Positions 20,401-30,571 of a DNA stretch of 64,000 bases are shown here, piece by piece. Origin of the DNA: a virus. Position 1 is the stretch's first letter; each line of letters starts with the position of its first letter. Both the position numbers and the translations under genes were made by a program. The notes beneath the pieces are model-generated. The model did no database searches, was not told where the DNA came from, and saw nothing but the letters and a program-made list of their open reading frames with translations. The stretch is from positions 4,985 through 68,984 of IMG/VR virus record IMGVR_UViG_3300033150_000701. The stretch is one strand, 5' to 3'.

Positions 20401-20982
20401 TCACACTTCCTTGTAGCGTGTAAACCAGAATATTTTAGCTCCGTTATCTACACCAGTCCAGCTTACCTGTATTGGCTCATCAATATCACCTTGAAAGCGT
20501 ACCTGTTCCAGAGTCACCATAGCAAACTTGTTACAGTAGATCTTACCCAGCAGTATGTTGCTACTTGGAAACTTAGCCTCTATCTCACCCGCACTACTAT
20601 CTGTCGAAATATAGATTGATCGAGTATCCACCCTTTTACCTGAACTAGGAGTTAGCACAGTTACTGGAGATGTATCTGTAGAAGTGTCTATTTCACCACT
20701 CTTAGAACTCTCTGTACCAAGAGTATCTACCTCCAACACAATAGATTGTCCCTGTATGTCTACAGGAACCTGAATCTCACTACCTGCAATAGCCATTCTC
20801 AACAGGTTACCAGCATCAAATAGAAGCTTGTCAGTCTGAGCCTTAATACTCTCAAGATCACTTTCAAGAGTAGTAAAGTCTCTGTCACCAGTACCCTTCA
20901 AAGCACTTCTTAACTCTCCAATAGTAATATCGTGTTTAGCTAGGATCTCATCCAAGATCTCATCTCCACTCCTGTAAGGCAT
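20401..20982 (-). CDS. Hypothetical, probably virion-associated protein
   Basis: Full-length ORF with SD; C-terminal beta-sandwich-like segment. Confidence 0.5.
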   Translation of the reverse strand: MPYRSGDEILDEILAKHDITIGELRSALKGTGDRDFTTLESDLESIKAQTDKLLFDAGNLLRMAIAGSEIQVPVDIQGQSIVLEVDTLGTESSKSGEIDTSTDTSPVTVLTPSSGKRVDTRSIYISTDSSAGEIEAKFPSSNILLGKIYCNKFAMVTLEQVRFQGDIDEPIQVSWTGVDNGAKIFWFTRYKEV

Positions 20983-21041
20983 ACACTACTCAACCTCCTC
21001 TATCCTCTGTAAGCCTTAAAGAGTACAGACAGTACTTAAAC

Positions 21042-23045
21042 CTACTCTCTAATCATAGGCTTAGACCATGTGTGCAACTTGTTCTTACGGATCCATGACT
21101 CAGCATCTTGATAACTCCACTTGTCCCTATCAAATCTGACATAGGCTACTCTAGCATGATGTATTCTACGAGGTACACGATACAAGCAGATACCTACCTT
21201 AACACCTTCAGGTATGTCAATGTCTAAGTATCGTTTTACCTTCTGATCACTCTCACACCTAGTAAACATTCTAAGATCGTACAGTTCAACAGTAAATGTA
21301 GGTCTACCCTTAACATCTATAATCCTAAACGGATCAAAGTACTTACCTGTTCTAGGATCACCATCAGCATCCAGATCCACTAGACTTAGAGTAGGTAGTC
21401 TACTCTTCATAAACACGTAAGGTGAATCAACCTTTAGAATATAGTAGCCTTTCAGTTTGGATCCTTTAAAGTCCATAGACATAAACTGATCAGTGTCCTC
21501 AATAATATTCACAGATCCACTATCTAACACGTTTACTATAGTATCTAACCTACCCACCTTACGGTGTATTCCAGTACCAGACTTGATCATCCATAGATCA
21601 GGATCGTAACAGTACTTCTTAACAGCCCTAATAGGCTCCTCTAACTTAGCCTCTAATGGATTAGAGTACAGGTTAAACTCTACAGCCTTATCAGAAGACA
21701 GTCTAATCCTGATATCCCAATGTGGCTTATCCCTAATCACATGCTCATGCAACACAAACTCATGTTGATCCAGCTCTACACCATTAAGCTTTTCAATAGT
21801 GTAAATGTCACTACCAGCCTCATCCTGTAGTATCTCCCAGTCACCCTTCAATATCTTACCGTTAAACCTGATCCTGATCAGTTCCGATCCATCCACTTTT
21901 TCAACGTTGAATGAACATGATCCAGAATCTAGAATCCTATACTCACCTACAAGCTCCTTGTTAGGGTTAAACCTACTATCTGGATCAGTCTTACCCTCAT
22001 ACGTCATCCACTTCTTACTAGACCGTCTCATTTCAAACAATGATACAAAAGTATCCCTCAATAGGTTACCGTCAACTAGAAACGTTCTAACAGTATCCCT
22101 ACCATCATCTATCAACAGGTACTGTCTAAACTGAGGCATACGTCTACCACTTACAGCCCTAGCCCCCATCCATGAACTTAGTCCTATAGCAAATCTTCCC
22201 TTAGTAAGAGACTCCTCTTCTTCAGATCCTTTAACCCATTCCAACCACTTCTCAAACTCCTCTTTATGCTCCTTAATCCAGTTAGGTGGAATGGGTATAA
22301 CACCTTTAGGAGGCTTCCATTTTTTGTCTCTAGCCCTTTTCGAGACTGCATACGGAGTTTGATCTACAGGAATCATAAACCTCCACATACGCTCATATCT
22401 ACCTGTAGGCTGTTTGGTTTGTGGATCCACAATTGGAACTTTGACAGCTGTAACTACACATCTAACATAGTTCTTAAGCTTAGTACCATTAAGAAAGAAC
22501 TCTTTAAAGTACGGCTTAATAGCACCATCCCACCATGTACCCTTATCCAGTATTGTAATGGTACCTGCCTTCTCTACACCTGCACCTACCTCTTTAGGTT
22601 TAAACTCAATAGTGTCACCTATGTCCTTATCCCAGAACAGCCATACTTTAGGCTGTCTAGCTAGTTCTGTAATAGTACTTAAACTATGATCCTTAACGCT
22701 AACGTAAAATTCACCATCTACACATTCAACGTTGAATAAGTGGTCTGTACACTCACTCTGACTACACTTAGGTTCAGCTCTAAACCCTCTACCCTTCTCC
22801 AATAGCTTATCTACAGTAGCAGGTTGATCCACACTAAACCCTACAATAGATAAACCATCTAAGTACCCGTCTTTCTCTAGTCTAAGATCGAAGTGCTCAG
22901 CGTTGCCTACCCGATGAGACTGAAGTACAAATCTCCTCTTAGACTTTGGATCAGAGTACTCTGTAAACCATGCTAGAGACTCTAGATCCTTCAAACCCTT
23001 AGATCTTACATACTCCCAATCGATCATACTAGGAAGAATCCTCAA
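21042..23045 (-). CDS. Protein with about three LigD 3'-phosphoesterase-like domains
   Basis: FVLQSH..HFDLRLE...GAG...ILDKG and FVLHEH..HWDIRIR...LDSG...F.G.KLKG.Y motifs, plus a degenerate middle copy. Confidence 0.68.
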   Translation of the reverse strand: MRILPSMIDWEYVRSKGLKDLESLAWFTEYSDPKSKRRFVLQSHRVGNAEHFDLRLEKDGYLDGLSIVGFSVDQPATVDKLLEKGRGFRAEPKCSQSECTDHLFNVECVDGEFYVSVKDHSLSTITELARQPKVWLFWDKDIGDTIEFKPKEVGAGVEKAGTITILDKGTWWDGAIKPYFKEFFLNGTKLKNYVRCVVTAVKVPIVDPQTKQPTGRYERMWRFMIPVDQTPYAVSKRARDKKWKPPKGVIPIPPNWIKEHKEEFEKWLEWVKGSEEEESLTKGRFAIGLSSWMGARAVSGRRMPQFRQYLLIDDGRDTVRTFLVDGNLLRDTFVSLFEMRRSSKKWMTYEGKTDPDSRFNPNKELVGEYRILDSGSCSFNVEKVDGSELIRIRFNGKILKGDWEILQDEAGSDIYTIEKLNGVELDQHEFVLHEHVIRDKPHWDIRIRLSSDKAVEFNLYSNPLEAKLEEPIRAVKKYCYDPDLWMIKSGTGIHRKVGRLDTIVNVLDSGSVNIIEDTDQFMSMDFKGSKLKGYYILKVDSPYVFMKSRLPTLSLVDLDADGDPRTGKYFDPFRIIDVKGRPTFTVELYDLRMFTRCESDQKVKRYLDIDIPEGVKVGICLYRVPRRIHHARVAYVRFDRDKWSYQDAESWIRKNKLHTWSKPMIRE

Positions 23046-25069
23046 TCCTCTTCAACCTCCACTAATGTAGGATACTTTAACTCATAGAAATCGTAATAGT
23101 AATTTTTGAGATAAACGCACCTTCTAATATATGCTATTGGACAGTTAACTGGAAACTTTAACCGTTCTACTAAAGGCAGATCGTTAAGCTCTAAGTATCT
23201 AGGCCTACCAAACACCTTTCTCAAAGGACAGAAATCCTCCTCACTAAACGGACAGATCGGTAGCCTCAACACTAGCCTACTCAACCTCTCTAAGTATCCT
23301 GGCCCAACCTTAGCGATCCTCCTGATCTCCTTTAGACTATCAGGTCTATCCTTATCCTTACGTATCTTCAAGAATTTTGGAAACATCCAAGAGATACTGA
23401 TCTTACCAGTTTTAGGATCATGGTATTCACGTACCCTACCCACCCACACCTCTATAATGTCTCCCCTCTTAGGCTTAACAGCCCTACCAAAAGTCCTACC
23501 TATCCTAACATAATACCTGCCTTTCCACTCTACTACTTGTTCAGACCTAAACTGTTCAACTACCTCTTTAGGTATCTCGATGTAAGACTCTACCATAAAA
23601 GTGTCTAGTTCCTTACCCTCCTTAGACACTTTTGGAATACACTTCCATGCCATAGCGTATACAGGCTTCAAATTCTTGATCTTAGCATGGTACTGAGTAC
23701 GATTCTCTCTCTTGGTAACCACAGGATACTTAGCAGTAGCCACCCTACAATATACACCTTCAGATCCCTTCATACGTCTAAGCTTGTCAACCCACCTCTT
23801 AAGATCACCAACAGTAGTAATTTTAGGACTAGACTCTACAACCCTGAAATATTCCAAAGTATCGGGTATAGTCTTCTTTAACAGTTGAAACCTGTACTCG
23901 TACGTTTCACCTGTAAGATCCTTACCATCCAAGTACATAAGATCATGAGCATGAAATACTAAGCTACTCTCCCATTCAGGAGTTATGTTACCGACAGTAA
24001 TGATCGCTGTGTCTTCACGGGGTATTTCCTCACAGGTATACTCTTTGAGTTTAGCACTCTTAACCTTCTTACCTTTACAGTCATAACATACAGCCTCAGC
24101 ATGTAATATCAGATCATGATCAACCTTAGACACCAGTTCATCACACACGTTAGGCATCTGATCAGCCCTATCACGCATCTGATCCTCAGTCTGGATCATA
24201 ACCCTACTACCCTGCTTGTGTACAGCAAACGATCTACCATCATACTTCTTACTAACATAGATACCGTACTGAAGATACTTACTAGCCCAGTTATCATAGA
24301 ACAACTGAAAATCTTTAAACTCAGTCCTGTTCCATCCACTAGCCTGTTTAAGCAACCTGATCTTGGTAAACGGTTTAAGACCTGCTAGTCCATGTCTATA
24401 AGGCCCATAACCATGTTCAAACTCTTCCTTACTAACCTTAAAGAATCCATAACGGTACAACGGGTAAGATGTGCCCACTAAAGGGCCTAACGGATCAAAG
24501 AAAGCATGGATAGATCTACGTAGCCATTCAGGCTTGATCTTAGATAACGCTCTAAACACTCTAGGATCAAAACCCTGTCTAAACAGCCAGTCAATATCGT
24601 GTCCTACAGGGATCTTACCCTCATTACTGATCCTGCCTACACAGTACACAGCATAAGGCTCATCTTCTATAACAATAGTGTTAGGAGCAGCATCATACAG
24701 TTCTTCAATAGTAACCTCTCTATCAGATCTCAACTCAGCAGGTGGATACTCTACTACCTCAAACTCAGATACTTCAGTAAGCTTATCAGAGATCTTGTAC
24801 CTGTCGTATAGTCCCCTAGCATCTAACTCTAACGATACAAACACGTTAGCATTAACCAGATCCTCGTTAACACCCTGAGACTTAGCTACATTATGCAAAT
24901 ACCTGTACAGGGACACTAAGTCTCTATCACTAAGATCCTTAACGTACTGATCGTCAATATCAGCTATCTTCATATATTCAGGTAGCTTCCACAGTTCAGA
25001 CTCTTCTAACTCCTCAATAGAGTATCCTCTCCTCAACCACTCCTCCCTGATCTCTTCTAGAGTAATCAA
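23042..25069 (-). CDS. ATP-dependent DNA ligase-like protein with N-terminal nucleotidyltransferase-like segment
   Basis: Ligase motifs I KYDG, III HAE, IIIa HDLM, IV EGVY, V KIK, VI FPKFLKIRKDK. N-terminal G...DID (Pol-beta-like) and C-terminal Cys cluster. Confidence 0.78.
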   Translation of the reverse strand: MITLEEIREEWLRRGYSIEELEESELWKLPEYMKIADIDDQYVKDLSDRDLVSLYRYLHNVAKSQGVNEDLVNANVFVSLELDARGLYDRYKISDKLTEVSEFEVVEYPPAELRSDREVTIEELYDAAPNTIVIEDEPYAVYCVGRISNEGKIPVGHDIDWLFRQGFDPRVFRALSKIKPEWLRRSIHAFFDPLGPLVGTSYPLYRYGFFKVSKEEFEHGYGPYRHGLAGLKPFTKIRLLKQASGWNRTEFKDFQLFYDNWASKYLQYGIYVSKKYDGRSFAVHKQGSRVMIQTEDQMRDRADQMPNVCDELVSKVDHDLILHAEAVCYDCKGKKVKSAKLKEYTCEEIPREDTAIITVGNITPEWESSLVFHAHDLMYLDGKDLTGETYEYRFQLLKKTIPDTLEYFRVVESSPKITTVGDLKRWVDKLRRMKGSEGVYCRVATAKYPVVTKRENRTQYHAKIKNLKPVYAMAWKCIPKVSKEGKELDTFMVESYIEIPKEVVEQFRSEQVVEWKGRYYVRIGRTFGRAVKPKRGDIIEVWVGRVREYHDPKTGKISISWMFPKFLKIRKDKDRPDSLKEIRRIAKVGPGYLERLSRLVLRLPICPFSEEDFCPLRKVFGRPRYLELNDLPLVERLKFPVNCPIAYIRRCVYLKNYYYDFYELKYPTLVEVEED

Positions 25070-25998
25070 GATCTAGTCAACCTCCTATACAGATCCTTCA
25101 ATTCTTCTTTAGATAATTCACTAAGTCTAGGACTAGGCTTATCCATAGACCATCCTCTTCTAGTACACTCCTCCCTAATAGCTTTACACAGCTTTTTAAT
25201 AACCTCTATCTGTTCCTGCCTAGTAAGATCCTTAAACTGTTCAGACTCAAACTTAGCATTAGGATGATCCTTAAACCATTGCATCCATAAGTGACATGCT
25301 ATCCGATAATCGTCTCTTAACACTTTGTCGGGTACATTCTTAGGATCATAAGTCTTCCAGTTACGAATCAGCTCTACTACGCTATCTAAACAGTCTAAGT
25401 GTACATGAGTAAGCCCTCTCTTATTCAACGTTGAATAAAGTCTAGAGTGCAACCTACAGAATGGATCCATAGGTTCACCATAAGCATGTGTTAAAGCATG
25501 ATAGTAAACCAGATCCCTAACACTCATAGAGTCTAGATCTAGAAACTCTACCCTGTCAGTTCTAACCCATGTCTGTACCCCTTTAGGTAGCTTAACAGGC
25601 TTAGGAGGATCAAACTTAGACACCAACCTGAAACCGTAAACATACAAAGGTTTACTACGATCCCAACCCCACCTATCAAACTCCTCATTGCTAATCCTAT
25701 GCTGATCCCTTAACGACTTAAACCGTTCATAGTCTATCTCTTCAGGATCCTCTAAGTATAGGACACCATAACACAAGCCATCACTAAACAGGTACACCTC
25801 CTCTTTCAGGTGTGGCTTAAGATCCTGCTCTCTACTCCTAACTATCAAAGTCTTAGATCCATCCCATATCAACCTACCATGAGGACTAACAAGATACAGT
25901 CCATACTCAGGCTCAGACTTAACGACTTTAGGGGTAACAACCTGTACATCTTCAGGTTTAAGCTGTAAACCATATCCACAGCCATTTAGATCACTCAT
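25066..25998 (-). CDS. ASCH/PUA-like domain protein
   Basis: GLYLVSPHGRLIWDGSKTLIVRS resembles the ASCH L.I..P.A..I..G.K..E.R motif; PVKLPKGVQTW at the end of the domain. Confidence 0.55.
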   Translation of the reverse strand: MSDLNGCGYGLQLKPEDVQVVTPKVVKSEPEYGLYLVSPHGRLIWDGSKTLIVRSREQDLKPHLKEEVYLFSDGLCYGVLYLEDPEEIDYERFKSLRDQHRISNEEFDRWGWDRSKPLYVYGFRLVSKFDPPKPVKLPKGVQTWVRTDRVEFLDLDSMSVRDLVYYHALTHAYGEPMDPFCRLHSRLYSTLNKRGLTHVHLDCLDSVVELIRNWKTYDPKNVPDKVLRDDYRIACHLWMQWFKDHPNAKFESEQFKDLTRQEQIEVIKKLCKAIREECTRRGWSMDKPSPRLSELSKEELKDLYRRLTRS

Positions 25999-26198
25999 AG
26001 AGTATACCCCTCTATTCAGACAACAGTAGATTATCTAATATACGTTACCTAACATAACTAGATCTAGATGGGAAACTAGCATACGTGCTATAATGCTTCC
26101 TACCTACCGTGAATCAATATTCAACGTTGAATAGAATAGAAACAACCTATCCGATACTTAGAAAAAAAAAGAGGAGGGAAAGGTAAGAGTGAAAACAG

Positions 26199-26804
26199 CT
26201 ACCTACACTCTAAAGATAAACACTCAGTAGTGTTAGGCCAGTACACTTTGTTACATATCCAAGTATTCCCTTCAGAAGAATCTACACTACTCAAAGCTGA
26301 AGGAATAGTGTTAATCCAATCTGGCTTCTTACAAGTAACCCCTTCAGAATCTAACTTGTTCCTACCATACTCGTATCCATGCTTAAACCCATGTATAAAC
26401 GCTTGTTCATACACCCACCTAAAGAACCCACTAGTCCACTCTGCATGTTCAACAGCTAACTGTTTACCCTCCTCAGTAATATCTACCACATCATCAAGCT
26501 TCCATATTAGCCACAACTGATATGGAAACTCACTAACCTCTTGATCCGTAAGCACCCTGTCTCTAGGAACATCCATTAACGGAGAGAATACTAGAGCACT
26601 ATCTCCCTTGTTCAGATCAACCCTAGCAGAGTTAACAGTTATAGGCACACCTAGAACACGACTCATAAGATCAGCTATTTCCTGTCTCCTAACAGCAGAC
26701 TTAAACCCATTAGACAACAGTTCCCTAGCCTGATCAACAGTAACAGACTCACATGAAAACACACCACACGGGTGAACAGATCCATCCATAACATACAGTG
26801 TCAT
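26199..26804 (-). CDS. DUF1874/AcrIII-1 (STIV B116/YddF)-like domain plus C-terminal extension
   Basis: VTVDQARELL..GFKSAV....ADLMSRVLGVPI.VN....L.KGD.ALVF...P...L...E....YQLWL matches the family pattern; GH motif replaced by RR. Confidence 0.7.
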   Translation of the reverse strand: MTLYVMDGSVHPCGVFSCESVTVDQARELLSNGFKSAVRRQEIADLMSRVLGVPITVNSARVDLNKGDSALVFSPLMDVPRDRVLTDQEVSEFPYQLWLIWKLDDVVDITEEGKQLAVEHAEWTSGFFRWVYEQAFIHGFKHGYEYGRNKLDSEGVTCKKPDWINTIPSALSSVDSSEGNTWICNKVYWPNTTECLSLECR

Positions 26805-26989
26805 TCTAAACCACCACTCTAACTATACTCCCCTGTTAAAGTAGAACCATGATAAAGCATCTGTCATGTCTATAATAGCATCCTCTAGTTCTAAGTCAAC
26901 ACCATTGCTTACACTACCCTTAGAGTCCACTACACCTGAATGCTTAACACATTCTGACATTTACCATCACACAGCATAGTATTCAAGAC

Positions 26990-27226
26990 TCACTTAATAA
27001 GAGACTCCTTAATGAGATCTTTAACTATCTTAGCGTACAGAGACTCTAGCTTAGGCTCATCACTAAAGTGTCTAGACTTTAACAATTCCACAACTGGATC
27101 ATCAAGATCAGAACATGTAAGCACCTCATTATAGAAGCCCCTATTGACCCTAGCATAGAACACACCATCCTGTACCAACAGATCTATTACACCCTTCATA
27201 GCTAACCTAACAAATGGACTAGACAT
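26990..27226 (-). CDS. Hypothetical protein
   Basis: ORF in the main orientation. Confidence 0.5.
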   Translation of the reverse strand: MSSPFVRLAMKGVIDLLVQDGVFYARVNRGFYNEVLTCSDLDDPVVELLKSRHFSDEPKLESLYAKIVKDLIKESLIK

Positions 27227-27233
27227 GTATCCA

Positions 27234-27569
27234 CTACACTACTCCATGAATAGCTCTATTACCCTGATCTCTCCTAAGCACTTTAGGACATAAACTCTTA
27301 GCCTTCTTACAATGCTCTAAGAACTCACTCTCACTAGTACTCTCAGCAGCCTTCAAACACTCATCAGCTACACTAATACATCCGTACTCCCTACATAAAC
27401 TAGACACGTACCTACACATCTCTCTAACATCTTCTAGTGACAGTACAGCTAGACTCTGAGATATCAAGTTACACAGGGTACTAGAGGTACTACAGGTTCT
27501 AACCGTTCTAAACTGTTCCAAGATCAGCTTCCTAACCTCATCACGTACAGTTTTCATAGTGTATGTCAT
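27234..27569 (-). CDS. Cys-rich hypothetical protein
   Basis: Helical ORF with multiple Cys. Confidence 0.5.
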   Translation of the reverse strand: MTYTMKTVRDEVRKLILEQFRTVRTCSTSSTLCNLISQSLAVLSLEDVREMCRYVSSLCREYGCISVADECLKAAESTSESEFLEHCKKAKSLCPKVLRRDQGNRAIHGVV

Positions 27570-27595
27570 TCCTTTAACAGTTAAATCTTAAAGCA

Positions 27596-27787
27596 CTAAC
27601 AGGCTCCCCAAATACAGATGTTTTCAATTATACCTTTCAACCTTCTCATACCCCTCATAAATGTTTCAGCCATCAACCCTTTCAGTTCTGAACTAGAAAT
27701 ACCAGTAGCTGAAACAACACAGACACTCACACAGATCATTATGATAGCAAACCCTATCAGTGCTATCTTAAACCTGTCTAACCTCAT
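27596..27787 (-). CDS. Small membrane protein
   Basis: One hydrophobic helix; SD AAGGTG upstream. Confidence 0.5.
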   Translation of the reverse strand: MRLDRFKIALIGFAIIMICVSVCVVSATGISSSELKGLMAETFMRGMRRLKGIIENICIWGAC

Positions 27788-27806
27788 TCACTGTCACCTT
27801 CCATAT

Positions 27807-28787
27807 TCAACGTTGAATACGTCTTTTAAACATGTCCTTTTCAATCCACCTGTAAAGCTTCTCTAACCCATCCTCTAGAGACACTATAGGCTCCCATCCT
27901 AAAGACCTCATAACAGTAATGTCTGCATTCCTACCTCTAACACCTTGAGGGTTACTAAGATCGTGTCTAACCTCAATATCCTTACCACTAATCTCAATTA
28001 TGATCCTAGCTAGATCATTAATCGAGATCAACCTGTCAGACCCTACGTTAACAGGCACATTAAGATCAGAATTCAACAGTACATCTACAGCCCTAACAAA
28101 ATCATCTATGTACAGAAATGATCTTGTCTGATTACCATCTCCCCATATAGTGAAAGGCTCTTTAGGATATAGTATAGCCTTCCTACATAGTGCAGCAGGT
28201 GCCTTCTCTCTACCACCACTATAGCTTGATCCAACACCATACACGTTGTGTATACGAGCTATCTTAACATCTAAACCATAGTCCTTACAGTAAGCCATAC
28301 ACATTCTCTCAGTAGCTAGTTTCTCCCATCCATAAGGAGTATCAGGAGATGCAGGTATAGCATCACTCTCTTTCAAAGGCTGTACATTAGCAACACTCTG
28401 CTTAAACTCTGGATACACACATGCACTACTACAGTACATAAACATGTCAACACCTGCATCTACACTAGCCCTAAGCATGTTAGAGTTCATAGTTAGATTG
28501 TTACTCATTACGTCTGCTCCTACCCTAGTAATGTAGCCTATACCACCCATGTCTGCTGCTGTATGGATCACCAGATCCACATTCTTAGTAGCCCTCTTAC
28601 ACTTCTTAAACAGTCTCAGATCGCTAATCTGATATCTAAACCTAGAGTTACCTATGAGATCAGAAACCCTCTGTAAGCTACCAGTACTCAGATTGTCTAC
28701 AACCAGCACATCATGTCCTCTATTAACAAAGTGTCTAGCTAGATGGCTACCTAGAAACCCAGCTCCACCTGTAACTAAAACCTTCAT
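27807..28787 (-). CDS. NAD-dependent nucleotide-sugar epimerase (GDP-mannose 3,5-epimerase-like)
   Basis: TGGAGFLG, AADMGGIGYI, SSACVYP, YGWEK, REKAPAALCRK and GVRGRN motifs characteristic of GME-like SDRs. Confidence 0.88.
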   Translation of the reverse strand: MKVLVTGGAGFLGSHLARHFVNRGHDVLVVDNLSTGSLQRVSDLIGNSRFRYQISDLRLFKKCKRATKNVDLVIHTAADMGGIGYITRVGADVMSNNLTMNSNMLRASVDAGVDMFMYCSSACVYPEFKQSVANVQPLKESDAIPASPDTPYGWEKLATERMCMAYCKDYGLDVKIARIHNVYGVGSSYSGGREKAPAALCRKAILYPKEPFTIWGDGNQTRSFLYIDDFVRAVDVLLNSDLNVPVNVGSDRLISINDLARIIIEISGKDIEVRHDLSNPQGVRGRNADITVMRSLGWEPIVSLEDGLEKLYRWIEKDMFKRRIQR

Positions 28788-28793
28788 ACCATA

Positions 28794-29438
28794 TCAAACC
28801 TCCTTTACACTCCTTAAAGGTATCTTCTTAGTGATCTCAACACTACCCCTCTTAGACTTAGCTAATTTACTGTATAGTTTAGCCTTCCTGATCCGTCTAT
28901 CCTTAGACTCTAACACCTTAATGTGTATAAGGTGTCCAGCCTTAAACGCTACCAGCTTCTCAACATTAGTCAGTTTCTCATGCACGTTACCTACCCATCT
29001 AGCATAGCTTCTAAACAGTCTAAGCTGTGGATCAGGATAGTTAACACCTGTAAGCAACCTATCATACTCGTCAACCTCATAGTTTCTTCTAAGAAACACT
29101 ACACCCTCAATATCCTGTTTAGCAGTAAGATCCCCTAGAGCATCTAGCACAGACTGATCCAGTAGCTCATCAGGATCCAACATTAGAATCCAGTCTCCAC
29201 TACACTCCTCTATGAGATCATTCCTAATCTGAGAGTAATTCTCAAAGTCTAGTCTAACAACCTTGTCAGCATACCTGTATGCAATATCAAATGACTCTGA
29301 GGGTACAGATATTTCCCTACCAAACTCTGTAACAACCACACCTACAACTACCTCATCAACATACGGTTTAACATGTTTAAGCAACCTTTCTAGTTCCCAT
29401 GTCTCATCAAACACTACAGTACAGAATGATATTGTCAA
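28794..29438 (-). CDS. Glycosyltransferase family 2
   Basis: RN..IEECSGDWILMLDPDE (DxD), YPDPQLRLF, W.G.VHE. Confidence 0.85.
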   Translation of the reverse strand: MTISFCTVVFDETWELERLLKHVKPYVDEVVVGVVVTEFGREISVPSESFDIAYRYADKVVRLDFENYSQIRNDLIEECSGDWILMLDPDELLDQSVLDALGDLTAKQDIEGVVFLRRNYEVDEYDRLLTGVNYPDPQLRLFRSYARWVGNVHEKLTNVEKLVAFKAGHLIHIKVLESKDRRIRKAKLYSKLAKSKRGSVEITKKIPLRSVKEV

Positions 29439-30571
29439 ACCAGATCAACCTCCTCTAACAGATCCAACCATAAATCTACACATTCACAGTTGAACAGGAA
29501 ATAGGATCTAAACTGGGTATCTACATGACTATACATTTCACCTCTAAGCTTAGAGTTCAACTCTCTAGAACACTCATAGTAGTCTCCACCCTCAAGCTGT
29601 ATACCTTGTACAGCATCATAGTACATTTTAGACATCAGGTTACCCCAGTACTCCCTAGCTAGATCACCCTCCACTACATGAGCATTCCTAAAGTGTTCAG
29701 CTTGAGGTGATCCAAAACACACCCTGTCATCTACCATAGCATCAACAACCTTCTTACAGAACACACCTGTCCAAATGTCCCCTATACGACCTATCCTAAG
29801 ATTGTGTATAGGATACCCCATGTAAAAGTAATAGTAGCATGGTAGTATGTCAGGTATAAACGAAGTGTTCTGTGTAGGAATAGGCAACATGTTACCTGTC
29901 TGAACCATAAAGTGAAAAGGCTTAAACCTTTCAGCTCTAAGCCCCTCATAAGATAATCTGGTAACAGCATCTACATCAGGTGCTAGACTCCATAATCCAG
30001 CATTCAACACTACACGTTTATACTCTACCCTGTACACATAGATCGATTCTGATCTCAAGTACCATGGGTACCCTCTAGAGAATATTTCATCCCTGTAGTT
30101 ATGCTTGATAAACCTGCTAGTATTGATCCATTTAACCCCACTAGCCACACTCAACAGTGTAGCAGTACCCCCTGTAATACAGTGTTCACCTATAAAGTCT
30201 TCTTGATAGTATGGAAAGTTATCATCATCCAATGTTATGATCACGTCTGGATCAAACTGTTTAACTGCTGCTAAATACCCTAATGCCCTCATACCATCAG
30301 ATCCACTTGGAAATATCTTAGAGTACCTGTCGTAGTCCACATCCAGAACATCTCTATAGAACTGTTCCTGATCACCGTAAGACAGGAACAGTGTAGGAGT
30401 AGATAGTGTAGCTATCATTTGATCAACCCTATGATCAGGTGTCCTCTGATCTCCAACAATAACATAGCTAACATTATCATGTCCATACCTTGAATAGTTA
30501 TGCTCCAGTACCTGAAGCACTTTAGGAACATTAACAGTTGTAACCACTACTGAAACCTTTTTGTTACTCAC
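29435..30571 (-). CDS. RGP/STELLO-like (GT75, UDP-sugar mutase-like) protein
   Basis: VVGDQRTP, LDDDNFP, RGYPW, GLW..APDVDA, QNTSF, R.GDIW motifs. Confidence 0.75.
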   Translation of the reverse strand: MSNKKVSVVVTTVNVPKVLQVLEHNYSRYGHDNVSYVIVGDQRTPDHRVDQMIATLSTPTLFLSYGDQEQFYRDVLDVDYDRYSKIFPSGSDGMRALGYLAAVKQFDPDVIITLDDDNFPYYQEDFIGEHCITGGTATLLSVASGVKWINTSRFIKHNYRDEIFSRGYPWYLRSESIYVYRVEYKRVVLNAGLWSLAPDVDAVTRLSYEGLRAERFKPFHFMVQTGNMLPIPTQNTSFIPDILPCYYYFYMGYPIHNLRIGRIGDIWTGVFCKKVVDAMVDDRVCFGSPQAEHFRNAHVVEGDLAREYWGNLMSKMYYDAVQGIQLEGGDYYECSRELNSKLRGEMYSHVDTQFRSYFLFNCECVDLWLDLLEEVDLV

